Assembly (NCBI RefSeq): GCF_009914755.1
Contig: NC_060942.1
DNA length: 64,000 nt
DNA from: the human T2T-CHM13v2.0 reference genome, Homo sapiens
Strand: one strand, 5' to 3'
The position numbers and the translations under genes are program-made. This document shows positions 1-14,900 of the stretch, piece after piece; the first letter of the stretch is position 1; each line of letters opens with the position of its first letter. The notes beneath the pieces were generated by a model that saw nothing but the letters and a program-made list of their open reading frames with translations, was not told the origin of the DNA and ran no database searches.

Positions 1-497
1 TCATAAAGATGAATCAAACTATGGTGATCTGATAAGCAGACTTGTGAGATCCATTTTTTCACCCAAAAGGGTAAGAGTTATTATATCTTCCAAAATTGTC
101 AGTGTGATAAAGTAACAAATTGGAAGGCACAATTCATGCTTCCCCCAAATGCACTAACTGGGTAAATAGAGAACCATGGCTCATACTAGCAACCATAAAT
201 TTAAAGTTAGTATTTCAGGTCTATATCTAAAGAACGACAGAACATCATCTCTCCTGATTCATCCGGCAAGAATGCATCATCCTTTTTCTCGATCTAATCA
301 GAAACACTTCTGCCATCTTCGTTTTTCTTTATAAGTCAAAAAGGCGCAGAAGAGATTTAGGCCTTCTCTCCTACACCCCTCCTGACTTCTTGTGGGGGAG
401 GAAGTGGGCTGCATAACAGCAAAACCTCAGATTCTATTCTGACCACACCACAGGTACTCTTATTTTCACCGCAGTCAATTTCAAATACTGTACACAA

Positions 498-511
498 GTG
501 CCATCTAGTGG
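498..511 (-). promoter_or_regulatory. Candidate CTCF binding site (CCACTAGATGGCAC on - strand)
   Basis: gtgccatctagtgg is the reverse complement of CCACTAGATGGCAC, which fits the CTCF core consensus CCASYAGRKGGCRS; occupancy cannot be known from sequence. Confidence 0.6.
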
Positions 512-1044
512 TTAGCAATAAATTAACATGTCACTTTAAGAAAGAAGAAAAGACTTAAAGCCTTTCATAAATAACCAAACATGTTTTTAACTTTTTTATT
601 AAAACAGGATGATTTTTGTGTACTAGCATTTTTTCTGAGGAAATTATTTCTTCCATCTGTTTCTCTTTGGTCAGGATAGAAGTATCTTGGCTCATCTTCT
701 GTCAGTGTGCTTCAAACCATAAAATGTAGGCTGGGGTTTATGCACAAGGAAACACATTGAGAAAGAAAGCCTTCTTTATGGATAGTCACTACTCTGTGAA
801 ATAAAATTGAGTTGGTTCTCTTGCTTCTATCCTCTATTTTAGCAAACATTCTAGGGTTGCATGATGGCTGAAATAAAAGAGAAACGTGAACATTGGGGAT
901 GGAGAAAACCACAGACATCACTTTCAGTGGTTCTCGGTTACATTCGGAATGATAGCAGAATCTCCCATCCCAAAATCAAAGTCTCTTCAGTCGAACCCAA
1001 CCTCACCTTCTTCTTCTGTGCCCTAGTATAATACAAGTATTATC

Positions 1045-1344
<300 letters not shown>

Positions 1345-1545
1345 GTATTATCTACACATTTGCATATTCACTGACTCCTGAATATCAGCCTCTCTTCATT
1401 TTCTTATCATTGCCCCTTCTTCCCAGTCTGTAATATTCTTCCTTTCCCTCCTCACTTATTCAACCTTATTCATCCTTCAAGTTCTATATTACTGTAACAG
1501 GATGTCAAAATGGAACTATTTTAGTCTTAGTTTTCATTGAGACTT

Positions 1546-2420
<875 letters not shown>

Positions 2421-2678
2421 AGATTGAATAAACGCTACATTTCACAGTGAGGTGAGAGTTCCTCCACAGAACCGTAAAGGAGCTGACTGAAACTGGATTT
2501 GTAGTTATTAAACCATCACTTTCATCAGGAGCTGGAGATTAGGTGAGGTGCCGTGCTTTGAATATAGCTAACACTCCCTCACCAATAAACACACCAAAAA
2601 GAGTAAGGCATGCCTGCCCTTAAACTGAAGTCTAGAAAGAGGTAATGCAGTGAGACCTCTTAAAGAGCTTCATATGTA

Positions 2679-2992
<314 letters not shown>

Positions 2993-4189
2993 GCTGCATA
3001 TGTGTCTCCTAAAATCTGAAGGATGCCATGAACTGTTGTCTGACTCACCCTGGATAAAAACAGGTGGATAAGCACTACAGTTTGTGAAGTTACTATACTC
3101 CCGCCAATGACAGGTCACAAATTCAAGGCTGCCTGTGGAATCGATGAGAACCAAGAGCTTTAGAGAGATAGTGTGGGTTTGTCTTGGATCCTCATCAAGA
3201 GGGCAATGAAAAGCTGAGCACAGATAAGGACTCAAGCAAAAGGAAGCAAAACGTGTACCATGGGATACCTGGAAGTCAAGTGACCAGCTGAAAAAGAAAT
3301 ACAGTTACCCATTTTGAGGGGCCTAATGTTCAGAAATACTTAGACTGGAGGAAGGGAAGCTGGTGGAGTTCTATAGAACCACAGAAGCACCTCCAGGAGA
3401 GAAAGAATCAGCCTTTGGTATAGGAAACTCAGATCACAGTGATACCACCAGTCAAGTAAGAACTTTCTTGCTGCCACTGACTCTCCTTTATCCCCTCCCC
3501 AATTCCCAGCTCCACTATTACAACTTACATTAAGGAAGGTGATCAAAAAGCAGTGGCACTCACTAGGTGGTGGGGAGGGGAAAGACACACAGCTCTCTTG
3601 AAATTTGCAAGGCCTAATCTTGGGGTAGGGAGGTGAGGGTGCTGTAATTTCAAAAGAAGTTTTACATTTTTAGTGTTATTCTAGACATACTCATTACTGA
3701 GCTGGAACCATGCCTCAGTTTTAGCTTAAAGGTAAAGGCAAATATTAGTCCTGTAGCATATGTTTGAATAGGCAGTGACAAAATAAATCATGTTGTTTTC
3801 TAATGACACCACACGAGTTTTGCAAGTTCAGTACAATAATTTCCTTAAGTTCCTCCTTAGTGCAGCCGCCACAGTTGCCTCTTCAGCCACTATTCTGTCT
3901 GGATTGATTTGGCCTTTGCTTATAAGAAAGCATAAGGTTAATCTAGAGCTAAAGAATCTAAATTGGAGTTATAATTTTACAGTTCACTACATGATCTCAA
4001 GTGGGTCCTCCAACTTTTCCATTTTTTTCTTTTATGAAAAGTAAAATGTGATAATGCCTACCTACATCCATAGTTATTGAAAATATTAAATTGCATAGTG
4101 TAAATCAAAAGGATTTTTAAAAAATATCTACTATATTACAAAATAAAATGAAAGTTTAAAATTTTTATTAGTTTTTAAAAATAATAAAA

Positions 4190-5205
4190 CCATTACATAT
4201 TTACATGTTTATATGAAAAGTGACTTTATTTTTCAAAATAAAATAATTTAGGGAGATGAATGGCATTGTTTGGGGTTTTCTTTCACAATTTTTAAAAAAT
4301 ATCTGCCTGATTAGAAAACAGCTAGATTCACTAATGACTTCAGACAGTTTTCATTTAGTACCCAAGATATCAAACCAAGACCCATGTCTAATTCCTGTTT
4401 TGATTTTTTTATCTGCTTGCTTGTAATAATTTTTTTCTCATTTTCTATAAACTTCTAATTTTCATTCGACTAAAAAAAAGAAAGAAAAAGACTAGATTCT
4501 TAAATCTATTTCTGCATTCAATCTATTGCAATGTGTGGTTTGAGTACAGAACATGAAGAAACTCTGGCCTCAAAGATATGTTGTCAAAAGGGACTTAAAT
4601 TTTAGTAGTAATTTCAGATAATTGTGGATATTCTTCTTTGATGCTATGCCAAAACTCAGCAAGTATAAATTTCTTTAAAGTCATCTGGGGGTGAAATCTG
4701 AAACCATGTCAATAATTTTTGTACTTCGTTATATAAAAAATCTACTGGTTTATTGTGTACTTTGGATCTTTTATTCATGCATAATTTTTATAACATCAAT
4801 GCTCATTTTGAATCGCTCATTTGGAAAATAATGGCTCACTATGTTGTACAGATCATTCAAATGTTGACACATTTTATTATATAATATCCAAAAAAATCGC
4901 ATTTGTTAATATCACTACTGGCCTCATCAGAAAATTCTTCTAAGGACTGGGAAGCTGCCATGGTTATGTGGCAAATACAAGTGGTCCACACTGCTAATTT
5001 TTGCTTTAAAGCACAAATGTTTTCATGAACAATAAATACTGTTCATTGTCCTCTTTAAGTGACAGACTTACATTGTTAATTTTCAAAATGTCTGCCAAAT
5101 TCTCAAGTCTGAATAATCATAGTTTGTCTTTCAGTATTTGATTTCAAGCAAAATGGTGTTCATGAAAATAATTACTAGTTAAACAACTATAAAAGTGCTT
5201 TTCCA
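4190..5205. mobile_element. Charlie1/Charlie1a hAT DNA transposon fossil
   Basis: Long runs match the recalled Charlie1a consensus (tttctgcattcaatct, ttcagataattgtggatattcttctttgat, aaaatgtctgccaaat..caagtctgaataa). Confidence 0.8.
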
Positions 5206-5364
5206 GTGGGGAAGGGAGTGTCCATGATGTTGGCCACACTGTCTATGTCTCTTGGCCAAGTTTAGAGTGGTAGCTTTTATTCATATACTTCAACAGGAAT
5301 TCTATTTTGGCCTGAATCATCCAGAAGAGCCATAGAAATAATGTCAAATTTAGTGAAACCTAGG

Positions 5365-6235
5365 GTGATATTGTTATGGACTAAAATATATGTTATTTGG
5401 TCTTCATCCTGAGTTCCTGGCACAGAGCTCTTAAAATCTTTTTTATTTTCCTGAGTGACGGGGGTGACAGGAACATCTTTTGTTTTAATATTTGGCATTA
5501 GTCCTTAGTTCCTGAGACAACAGCATCTAAGACCCTTGGAATGTTTGAAGTAATGAGCATCTTTGTGTATACTAATGAGATGACTGAGCTGGGGGCCTCT
5601 AGATAGCTCCTGGTTGGGCCTGATTGCCAAAAAGACCAATGCATGATTAGAAGGTTGGAACTTTCAGTTCCACCCCAACAACATCAATGGAGGGGAGAGA
5701 GATTGGAGACTGAGTTATTCACAAATGGCCAATGATTTAGTCAATCATGCCCATGTAATAAAATCTTCATTAATACTCCTAACCTATGGGGAGTATTAGG
5801 TTACCTGAGAGCTTCCAGGTTGCTGGCAGGGTGGCATACCTCTTCCCACCTACCTTGCCCTATGTATCTCCTCCATTTGGCTGCTCCTGACTTGGAGCCT
5901 TTATAATAAACCGGTAAGAGTAAGAAAACTGTTTGACTAAGTTTTGTGAGCCATTCTAGCTCACAGGGAGATTGTCAAACCCAAGGAGGGAGTCATGGGA
6001 GCTCCTGTTATAGCCAACCAGTCAGAAGTACAGGAGGTCCAGGACTTGCAACTGGCTTCTGAAGTGGAAGCAGTCTTGTGAGACAGAGCCCTTAACCTGT
6101 GGAGTCTGACACTAACTCCACTAATGTCATAATTACATTTAGTCATTGGACATCCAGTTGGTGTCCAGAGAGTTGGAAAATTGATTGTTGGTGTGAAGAA
6201 AAAACCACATATTTGGTGTCAGAAATGTTGGGAGT
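5365..6235 (+). mobile_element. MER21-family LTR
   Basis: gtgatattg...tttggtcttcatcctgagttcctggcacagagctc start; internal gattagaaggttggaactttcag; end tttggtgtcagaa, all typical of MER21. Confidence 0.8.
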
Positions 6236-6582
6236 AAAAACAATTCTGCTAGAATTAGAAAACATTTTAGACATCATCTAGTCCACTCTAAGAGCAAATT
6301 TTCTCTATAGCAGTCTTGACATGAGGTCATTCAGCTTCTGATCAAGCACTTCCAGTGATGTGAATCTCAATAATTCTCTAAGCAGCCCATTCCACCATTC
6401 TTGGATAGCTTCAATTATGCAGTTCTTCATCATATTAAGCCAAAATGTTCCTTCCTTGGTTTTGTGATGCAGAAAGAATGAATCTGCTCTCTCTTCCATA
6501 CGGCTAAACTTCAAGCATTTAAACTTTAAATTTCTTTGAATTTTAAAGACCACTTTAATCCATACCTTTTCCTACTTCAATT

Positions 6583-6592
6583 CACATACACG

Positions 6593-6635
<43 letters not shown>
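6583..6635. repeat. (CA)n microsatellite with a CG-containing alternating purine-pyrimidine lead-in
   Basis: cacatacacgcacgcgcg followed by ~17 CA units. Confidence 0.95.
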
Positions 6636-6639
<4 letters not shown>

Positions 6640-7130
6640 CCATCATCATACCTCTTCTCTAGGACAGAACATGGTTTCTACACTACTTGTCCTCACATGA
6701 CATAGTTTCTATATCTCTGTTACCCTGTCATCCTAAACCCTTTCTGCTTACTCGTGTGCCTCTTAAAAATAGAACCAGAACACTATTAAAAGATCTCGAA
6801 TTAAATCTTTCTAGAACATAATTCATTTTCTTCCTGTACACTTGTATTGATGCAGCCTATAATTATATTCACTTTTTGTTTGTGTGTTGGTTTGTTTTTC
6901 AGGAACCACATTAAACTGTAGGCACATGTTGAATTAGTCTTCAAGCAAAACGTCCACATCTTTTTCCCACATGAACATTGTTAATTTGCCTTTACTATTC
7001 TCTGTATCTGCAAGTAATTTTTCAGCCTAAATGAAGGAATTTATATATTATCCTGATAAATTTTATGTAAGTTTACATCCATTTAGAATGATCTAGACTG
7101 TTTAATTTTCATCAATTTTAATTTTATTTC

Positions 7131-7965
7131 TGTAACAAAGAATGCGTGCTGGAAATCAAAATCTACTATTTCCTTCCTGGGCACATGACCAAATTACCTT
7201 TCCCACCTCCTCTGTAGTTAAATGCAACTATGAGGCTGATTTTGGCGAATTGAATGTAACATAAGTAAACAGGATGTATACTACTTTAGCGGAGAGTCTT
7301 AGTCCATTTGTGCTGCTATAACAAAATACTGAAAACTGGGTAATTCATAAACAAGAGAATCTATTTCTCACAATTCTGGAGCCTGGGAGTCTAATACCAA
7401 GGTGCTTGCAGGGTTAGTGTCTGGCGAGGGCTGCTGTCTGCTCCCAGGATGGCAGCTTGTTGCTGCATCCTCCAGTGGGAACAAACGCTGTGTCCTCACA
7501 TGGCAGAAAAGATAGAAGGGAAAAAGCCCACTCCCTCAAGCCCTTTCATACGGGTTCTAATCCCATTTATGAGCACTCCACCTTCATAACTTAACCACAT
7601 TTTAAAGGCCCCACTCCTTAATACCATCACATTGACAACTAAGTTTTAGCATTTGAATTTGGGGAGGACATATTCAAACCAAAGCAAGAAGCTTTAAGGC
7701 AGCAGCATGTCTACTTCACCCTCCTAGTCCCGAACCTGGATATGATGACTCAGTCTTAACTATTTTGTTTAAAGAAACCCTTGGATATGACAGAGTCATA
7801 GACAGAAATAGCCAGGTTCCCTGAATCTCTGTGCAGAGAAGAGCTACCTTCTGCCCTGGAAAACCCGCTCTGGAATCACATAAGCAAGAACTAAACTGTT
7901 CCTTAAGCCAATAAATTTGGGGTCTATTTTTTACAACAGCTTAGCTCACATTAACTTATGTAATA
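7131..7965 (+). mobile_element. Old MLT1-family LTR, split by a nested MST/MLT1A LTR
   Basis: MLT1-like 5' part (ttcctgggcacatgacc...ctgtagttaaatgcaactatgagg) and 3' part (ccttaagcc...tttggggtctatttttt acaacagc) flank the nested element. Confidence 0.6.
7296..7686 (-). mobile_element. MST/MLT1A-type MaLR solo LTR
   Basis: gtcttagtccatttgtgctgctataacaaaatac...catattcaaaccaaagca are classic reverse-strand MaLR LTR termini. Confidence 0.85.
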
Positions 7966-8334
7966 TGCCACATATCTATGGTAGATATAAATATGTAGAT
8001 ACATTCTTCATCTATAGGTGGATGTGTCTTCATCCACACTGATTAGTTTTGTTCTGTGGTTAAAATAATGATGAGAAATATAATATCTACCCATAAAATT
8101 AGACCTTTCATATTTCTATGCTTGATTTCAGCTCAACAAACCTATTTTATTTCCTAGAAGTTACCCCAAGTTTCTGGTTCTGGTCATATTATGCTTTTTT
8201 TCACAAGTAACCCCTTCTTTGAAGTCCTCTCCCTCTTCCCCAGGCAAAGTTAAAGGTAATCTCTCTTTACCGTGCTCACACTGAAACAATGGCCAAGTGT
8301 CATGACTTGTAATTCCATTAGCAATGTTTGCCTG

Positions 8335-8468
8335 CTATCTTTTCATCAGAGTATGTGCTCCTGAAGATAGGGACCAGATCTTATTTATCTGTGCATTCTC
8401 AGTGCTGTATCAGTGTCTGACATGTAGTGAATATTCAATAAATGCTTGAGAATGAATGAATAAATACA
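8335..8468 (+). mobile_element. L2 3' end fragment
   Basis: gctcctgaagatagggacc...cagtgtctgacatgtagtgaatattcaataaatgcttgagaatgaatgaa. Confidence 0.75.
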
Positions 8469-8777
8469 TAGATACCTTTGGATTCAGATGTATAAGAAAA
8501 AGAAATCATCAAGAGATAGTGTTGTAACATCACTAAGCTTCTATTAGTGATAAATAAAGGCCGAGTCTCTAACTACAAATGGATGGGAACAGAGAAATTG
8601 ATTATCTGCAGGATCTCTCTGGCATTCTGGATTCTGTGAGTTCTTTTATAATCCTATTTTTGCTTTCATTGTCCAGAACTAGTCATGATGTCATAATCAT
8701 CGACAACTAGTCCATATTCCACATGACAATATAGAAGGCTCTGAAAACCAGAGTATGATTTTTAAACCTTGCTCACA

Positions 8778-9068
8778 TTTTTTTCTTTTTGAGACGGAAT
8801 CTCGCTCTGTCGCCCAGGCTGGAGTGCAGTGGCGCGATCCCGGCTCACTACAAGCTCCGCCTCCCGGGTTCACGCCATTCTCCTGCCTCAGTCTCCTGAG
8901 TAGCTGGGACCGCAGGTGCCACGCCCAGCTAATTTTGTTTTTGTATTTTTAGTAGAGACAGGGTTTCACCGTGTTAACCAGGATGGTCTCTGTCTCCTGA
9001 CCTCGTGATCCGCCCGCCTCGGCCTCCCAAAGTGCTGGGATTACAGGCGTGAGCCACCGCGCCCGGCC
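8778..9068 (-). mobile_element. AluY-type SINE
   Basis: Reverse-strand Alu with AluY diagnostics (caagctccgcctcccgggttcacgccattc); TSD aaaccttgctca. Confidence 0.95.
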
Positions 9069-11759
9069 AAACCTTGCTCATTTTAAGATGCTCATTTAAA
9101 CCTTGCTCAACTAAGATGGAACCTACTGTCTCTTTATATTTCTTACTTTGGGTTCGATTTATTTAAGACTATTCATGACAGCCAGATGGCCCACTCTAGT
9201 TTCAGACGATTTATCATAGTGTTCAGCTGTTGCATTAAATCTATTCCTTAAAGAAGAAGAAACATTTTTATTATAACAGGAAGAGAGTAGGGGTCCAGAC
9301 CTCTGGTGTAGCCTAGATGTCAGCTCATGGCTCCCTGACCTTGAAAATCTTTATGTAGAACTTATCTAAATAACCCATATTCTATTCTATGTGCTTTGGA
9401 AATCCACTTCACCAGTTTTTCTCCAAATTCTAGGGAATATGGCAGTGAGTGGGATATATAATCCTGATGACCTCTTGCTTAGAGGTCTTACTTCTCACCT
9501 TCTCAGGTACACACACTCTGCGTTCTATACCACATCAACTCAAGTATAAAACTAAGCCCCTTTCACAGTTCCCTCTAAACACCTATCAGATATTCTTGAT
9601 ATTTGGGAGGAAAAAGAAGGGAATCTTACATTACAAAATTGCTAACAAGTTCAAAATGAATGGTAACCTTTCAAGTAGGCTTTTTCTTAAATCTGTTTTA
9701 CCCCACTCCACAGGGACTCTTTTCCACTGGCCACTTCACCTGTGAATCCTTAGCCCTGCATCTTCTTACAGGCTCCTGTCTCCTTTCTTCTCCTATCTCT
9801 CTTCTCCAGTCCTAATTTCTGTTTCTTTCTAGCTCAGAGTAATGCAACTATCTCACTTGTGGCTTATGTTTCTATAGATTCAGTAAGATGTCACCTTTCT
9901 ATCTGAATGTTACTGAGGTACTTTCCTAAATAACTACATCATTTTTAAGTGGAATTCTAGTGCCAGCTATAAGACAAAACACTTTAAGCCCCAATGCAAA
10001 TACAGGTCGGAGGGGTGGGGTAGGATAGAAAGACTGCTGAAACGTATTAACAGATCTCGGTCATTTTGTAGAGAAAATTTTCCAAGGGTCTACAGTACAT
10101 TAGCTGACTCCCAGTCACCCTGACTCCTAGTCAAGTGCCCTCTTCACCACAGCCATATTACCAGCCTCTACAGTATGGAGTGAGCACATTTCATCCTATT
10201 CCCCACACCGAAAAAACACCCTCTACCCACCTCCCTTTATTCCACAGTTTGGTAACAGTTCACCTTTCTTATTCCCTGGTCCTGTTTTCTGTCTTCACAA
10301 CCTGCCATTACCTCTGTGCATCCAAGACTGGGACTCTGATACCCCACTGCATCTAAGATTAGGACTGCAATACCAGCTTTCAGTATTTTACTAGAACAGT
10401 ATTTTTATAATAATTCCTTGTACAAAATTACCATATTTTGTTCATGTTTTTAAAAATCTCAGATCTGTTTTACATCTTGAGCTGAGCCTTTAAAAAGCAT
10501 TTTGACCATATCTGCCTTCTGTTTAAAATCCCTACAATGTATCTTGTTATTTTAATTCACATTTACTGTTACTAGAGAGAAACTAAGTGTTTTCTTATCT
10601 TTATCAGTCATTTGAATTCACTCAGAACTAGATAACCTTGATAAAGTTTTAGAAGTTGGGATGGAGACAGCGGGAGTTAAGAAAAACCGAGGTGCATATA
10701 GTGTTAAATTAACCATAACAGAGATGAAGTGTTCAATATTCAATATCCAAATAGGGTTGGGCTTTAGATAATCAGCATTCATGGATGTCCTGAGAGAGAA
10801 TTATCAACATTTTGTCACATGATCAACACATAATGTGAACTACACTTAAATGTTCCTCTAAACTACAATGACGCATACTTTATCTCAGAGTTGGGTACTT
10901 CAAGAGCGGTAATAATTGTTTCAACATGACATCAAAATATCTCCTTAAGAAGTTCACACACACGCATACACACACATGCACACACACATACACATTTATT
11001 CCAGATGTGCTGTCATCCTGTTCCAGGCACCTGGTTGTTTCCAAATAGCTGGGGGTGTGGCCTCCTGCAGGAGGAACATCTGGGTGATTGACTGCATTCT
11101 TCCCTATTCATCCAAAAGTTTTGGCAGCTACTTGCAGACAGATTGAAAATCTTCTCCTGAAACAAGCATGAGTAGTCTTTGTCAGCTGAATATTGACAGG
11201 CTCTGTGGTGGGGTGTTTTTTCCCGAGTCTGGGCTACCATCAAAATGTTATTTTCCAGCTGCTGAGTGCTGGTCTTTTATATCATAACTCAAGATCAATT
11301 ATATTCAGAATGCAACATAAAAAATACATTTAGTAAGATTTCATTTCTGGCAGAGGTGCTTAGATTACGATAAAAGTACAGAATGGTACACAGGACAATG
11401 TGCTTCTGAATTATCAGACTGTATTTAACATCTGAAATTATCCCTCACCACTAATTTAGGCTTTATGTACCCAGAAAGAATGAAGCTGATTATCTATTGG
11501 CAGTTAAATTTACCTTGGTTCAGACCTATGGGTGCCCATTTATTCTAACTAACAGTAGAATATCAAATTAAGAAGCTTTATAAGTTCCAATAGAATAAAC
11601 ATGTGGCTTAATTTGTTTACAGATTGTCTGTCATTAGCAATCACAAATGAATTATTTAAAATATGCCCATGTAAAAGGTATGTGTACTTATTTTTCCTAC
11701 ATGTGCATGCATTATTCAGCTGTATGGTTTGGTGGGTAAGAAAATCTGTTTGGGCTATT

Positions 11760-11960
11760 GGGTTGTATATGGATTTGGGTTGTACCACCTACTATCCATA
11801 CGGACTTGGAAGATTATTTAATTTGTCTGTGACATTGCAAACTAAATAAAAATACAGCCTAGACCTTAGAGTTATTGTATTAGGGTTAAATGAAATGATA
11901 AATGAGATGATACAGGTAAGGCATGTAGAAGGTGACTTGAACACAATAACTCTCAATAAA
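11760..11960 (+). mobile_element. MIR fragment
   Basis: Degenerate MIR core and tail (gttattgtattagggttaaatgaaatga...ctctcaataaac). Confidence 0.55.
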
Positions 11961-14900
11961 CATAACAAAACTCTGTGAGTGCAAATGAGTGTGTGTGAGT
12001 ATATTCATGTGTGCTTAAAGCATTTGGCACTGATTTTCTGAATTTTACTCTTAAAGAGTTGTCATATGATTCACAGCTTATAAGAATACAGGGGGAAAAA
12101 ACAAACCAAAAGAACAAATGGAAATTTTGTCCAAAAATAAAATATAACTGTTAGGTTTCACTACTCTAAAACCTTCAGTAGATTTTGACCAAGTTCTTGT
12201 TCAATTACTTACAAATTATTTGACTTTGGTTCATGTACTGTGTCCTCATCTATTAATAAGAATGGGAATTCCTGTGCTGTCTGCCTCTTCGAATTGTTGT
12301 GCTGGTCACATAGGAAACTAATGGACATCTGCTGCTCCTATCTGCCTAGCTCCTGCCTTCCTTGGAGGAACTGCCCTCTTTCTCCAGCTGCATGTCTCCT
12401 GTGGATTTGTTGGTCACTGGGATATTGGTAGAGGCCTGATTAATTGTGGTACTCCATTCCCATGTTCTCAGTGATTGGTCCAATGATAGGCATCCAAGTA
12501 GAATCAGGAATAATATATCCATGAATATACATACAAACAGAATCTGGGTGAGAAAGAGCCTCCTCTTCTTGGATCACTATTTGTATGGAAAATATAGGCT
12601 GGAGCTTTTGCTACCGTCTTCTCCAACCATGTAAGAGAAGCTGTCTATGACAGCAGAGAAGCAGATAAAATTTGAGGTAGAAAGAAGTAAATATGAAAAA
12701 AAGAAGACAGAGGAAGCCTATAGCAAACACAACATAGCAAAACCACTTTTCCAACCTTGTTATAGGTCTATAAAAATTATTTAAATTATTTCTTGCTATC
12801 ATGTATCACAGAGCCTCCAAGTTCATGCCTTTACTTGCATTGCTACATTGCCACTCCTCTGCCCACCAGTTTCAACTCCTAAATCTCTTTTCCTGCTGCA
12901 TTTTCAAATCTTGGGTCCTTTAATTTCCAGCTTTCTTTCACCTCCCCATCCTTTACTGATTTCCCTCTCATTTGAAATGTTACCAAATATTACCATGCAT
13001 CTCATATTTTAGTATTTAATGATATGCTATAATGATACTTCAGGGTGTTTCAATACCAGTCTGGGTTTCGGAACCATACCTTCTTCTGTACTCCAACAGT
13101 AAATAAGACTTCTCTTACTGCATATTGGAATCAAGGCTGTTTGCTTGCCAGCTGCTTCCTAGCTTCTAAATATCCAGTGAATTTTCAGTGCAACGTGAAT
13201 GGATCTTCAAAAGAGAATGCTAAGTACAAAAGTAATAATAATAGTAAACCAAAATATTATATTCACACCATTTATAGACATTAAAAATACAGACAAATAA
13301 AACACATCTAATAAGAACATATACAAACAAAAAGGTATATCTTAGAATCAAGTGGCTGTGGAAGAAAAACAGGATTACAGGAGTGGGGTACAGAGATAAA
13401 AGGGGTCTTGCTTGAAATAATGATGCCAACATTCTATAAACAGGACAATTTTTCAAAAGTCAGTGCTGCATCTGAGTTTCTAAATAAATATGTAAATATA
13501 TGCTCGTATACTGGGTCACAAATGTTACAAGATTCCTCAACAGTTTTGAGAACTGAAATCAGAACTGTGCTAAAGCACAGGCTTTGTTACATATAAGCTG
13601 TTTATACAATGAGGTAAAAGGATTACACATTGAATGGGTATCAAACTTTAAGAAAATCCAATATAAGAAAATATGAATAAAAAAATCTAAAACATATTTT
13701 TAAAAGGTTGGAAAGCAATTATTTCCATTGTTGAAAAAAATGTATTCTATTTAATAGATAACTTGCTGCAAGGTTAATTTAAAATTGAGCAGTCAAAGTT
13801 CATGTAAAAGCATGTTTCAATTAAAACTTTCTTTTATTTACAAAAATTTAACTCACACCAATATTGCATAAAGAGGAGCAGCTCCATTTTTGTGTATGTC
13901 ATTGAATGTCTGCTTTTTCCAACCTTAATTTGCATGTTACACGTCTTAATAATGAATGGAATATGCAGTATAAAATACATAATAGAAGTCTGAGAGTATT
14001 TATTTAAGAGTAAATTAATCAATTTAAAAGTATATTTTCCAAGTGTTTGTTGAAAAGGTTTTTTTGTGCTTTGTTTTAATACCGACAACAACAATGTCAG
14101 GCTCTCAGGAGCCAAAATTCATAGTGTCCTTTTTTGTAATTCCAGATTTTCAGGGTCTGATGATGGCAGTGATCAAGCTAATGATGTTAATGAGTCATAA
14201 TGTTGATAGCAGAGGTATTCAAGACTGGCAAAATGAAAAATCTTATTTTTGAAATGAGCCCTTTTAAATTGTCATTTCATCCTTTTTCCCCCTTTCTCCA
14301 TTGGCAATAATAGGTAGAGAATCACAAATAATTTCAAACTACATTATGTTCCTTGACACAGGAGAGTATAACTTAAATCACCAGTTCTCAACCAAGGTGT
14401 CATGACATACTCATTTGTTCATAACAGCTGTGAAGTACTTTAAGATCAGTCATAGCGTGTGATGCAATTAGATATTAATACAGAAAGTACTTTAAAATGT
14501 GATTTTTAATAAACCAGTATTATTTGAGGTTCCACCATGAATTATATTATTTTCACCCATTTGCTTTCGAATTATGCTCTCTTGCAAGGGGAAAAATGAA
14601 GATACAACTAGTATGTTAAAACTTGCACAATAAAACCCTTCCATTTTGCTCACGCCACAGTCCCATGGTGAAAACCTTCATGTATCTTCACTTCCATTGT
14701 TCTGTCTTCTCATAAACAAGGAAAGATCACAGTATTCAAGACTGGGATCTAATCTAAATCTAATCTAAATCTAACAATATGCTTCTCAACGGCAGAATTG
14801 GCACAAAAATCTTTTGTCAAATTCTGGATACTGAATTTTTGTTTGAAAAATATAGTCATCACAGAAATCTGCTAAAAAGTGTTTTTAATTGTCAAATAAA

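Noticed and set aside
5771-5803. Short inverted repeats taatactcc/ggagtatta and taacct/aggtta inside MER21
   Set aside because: Arms of 9 bp and 6 bp are within chance or routine micro-template-switch expectation.
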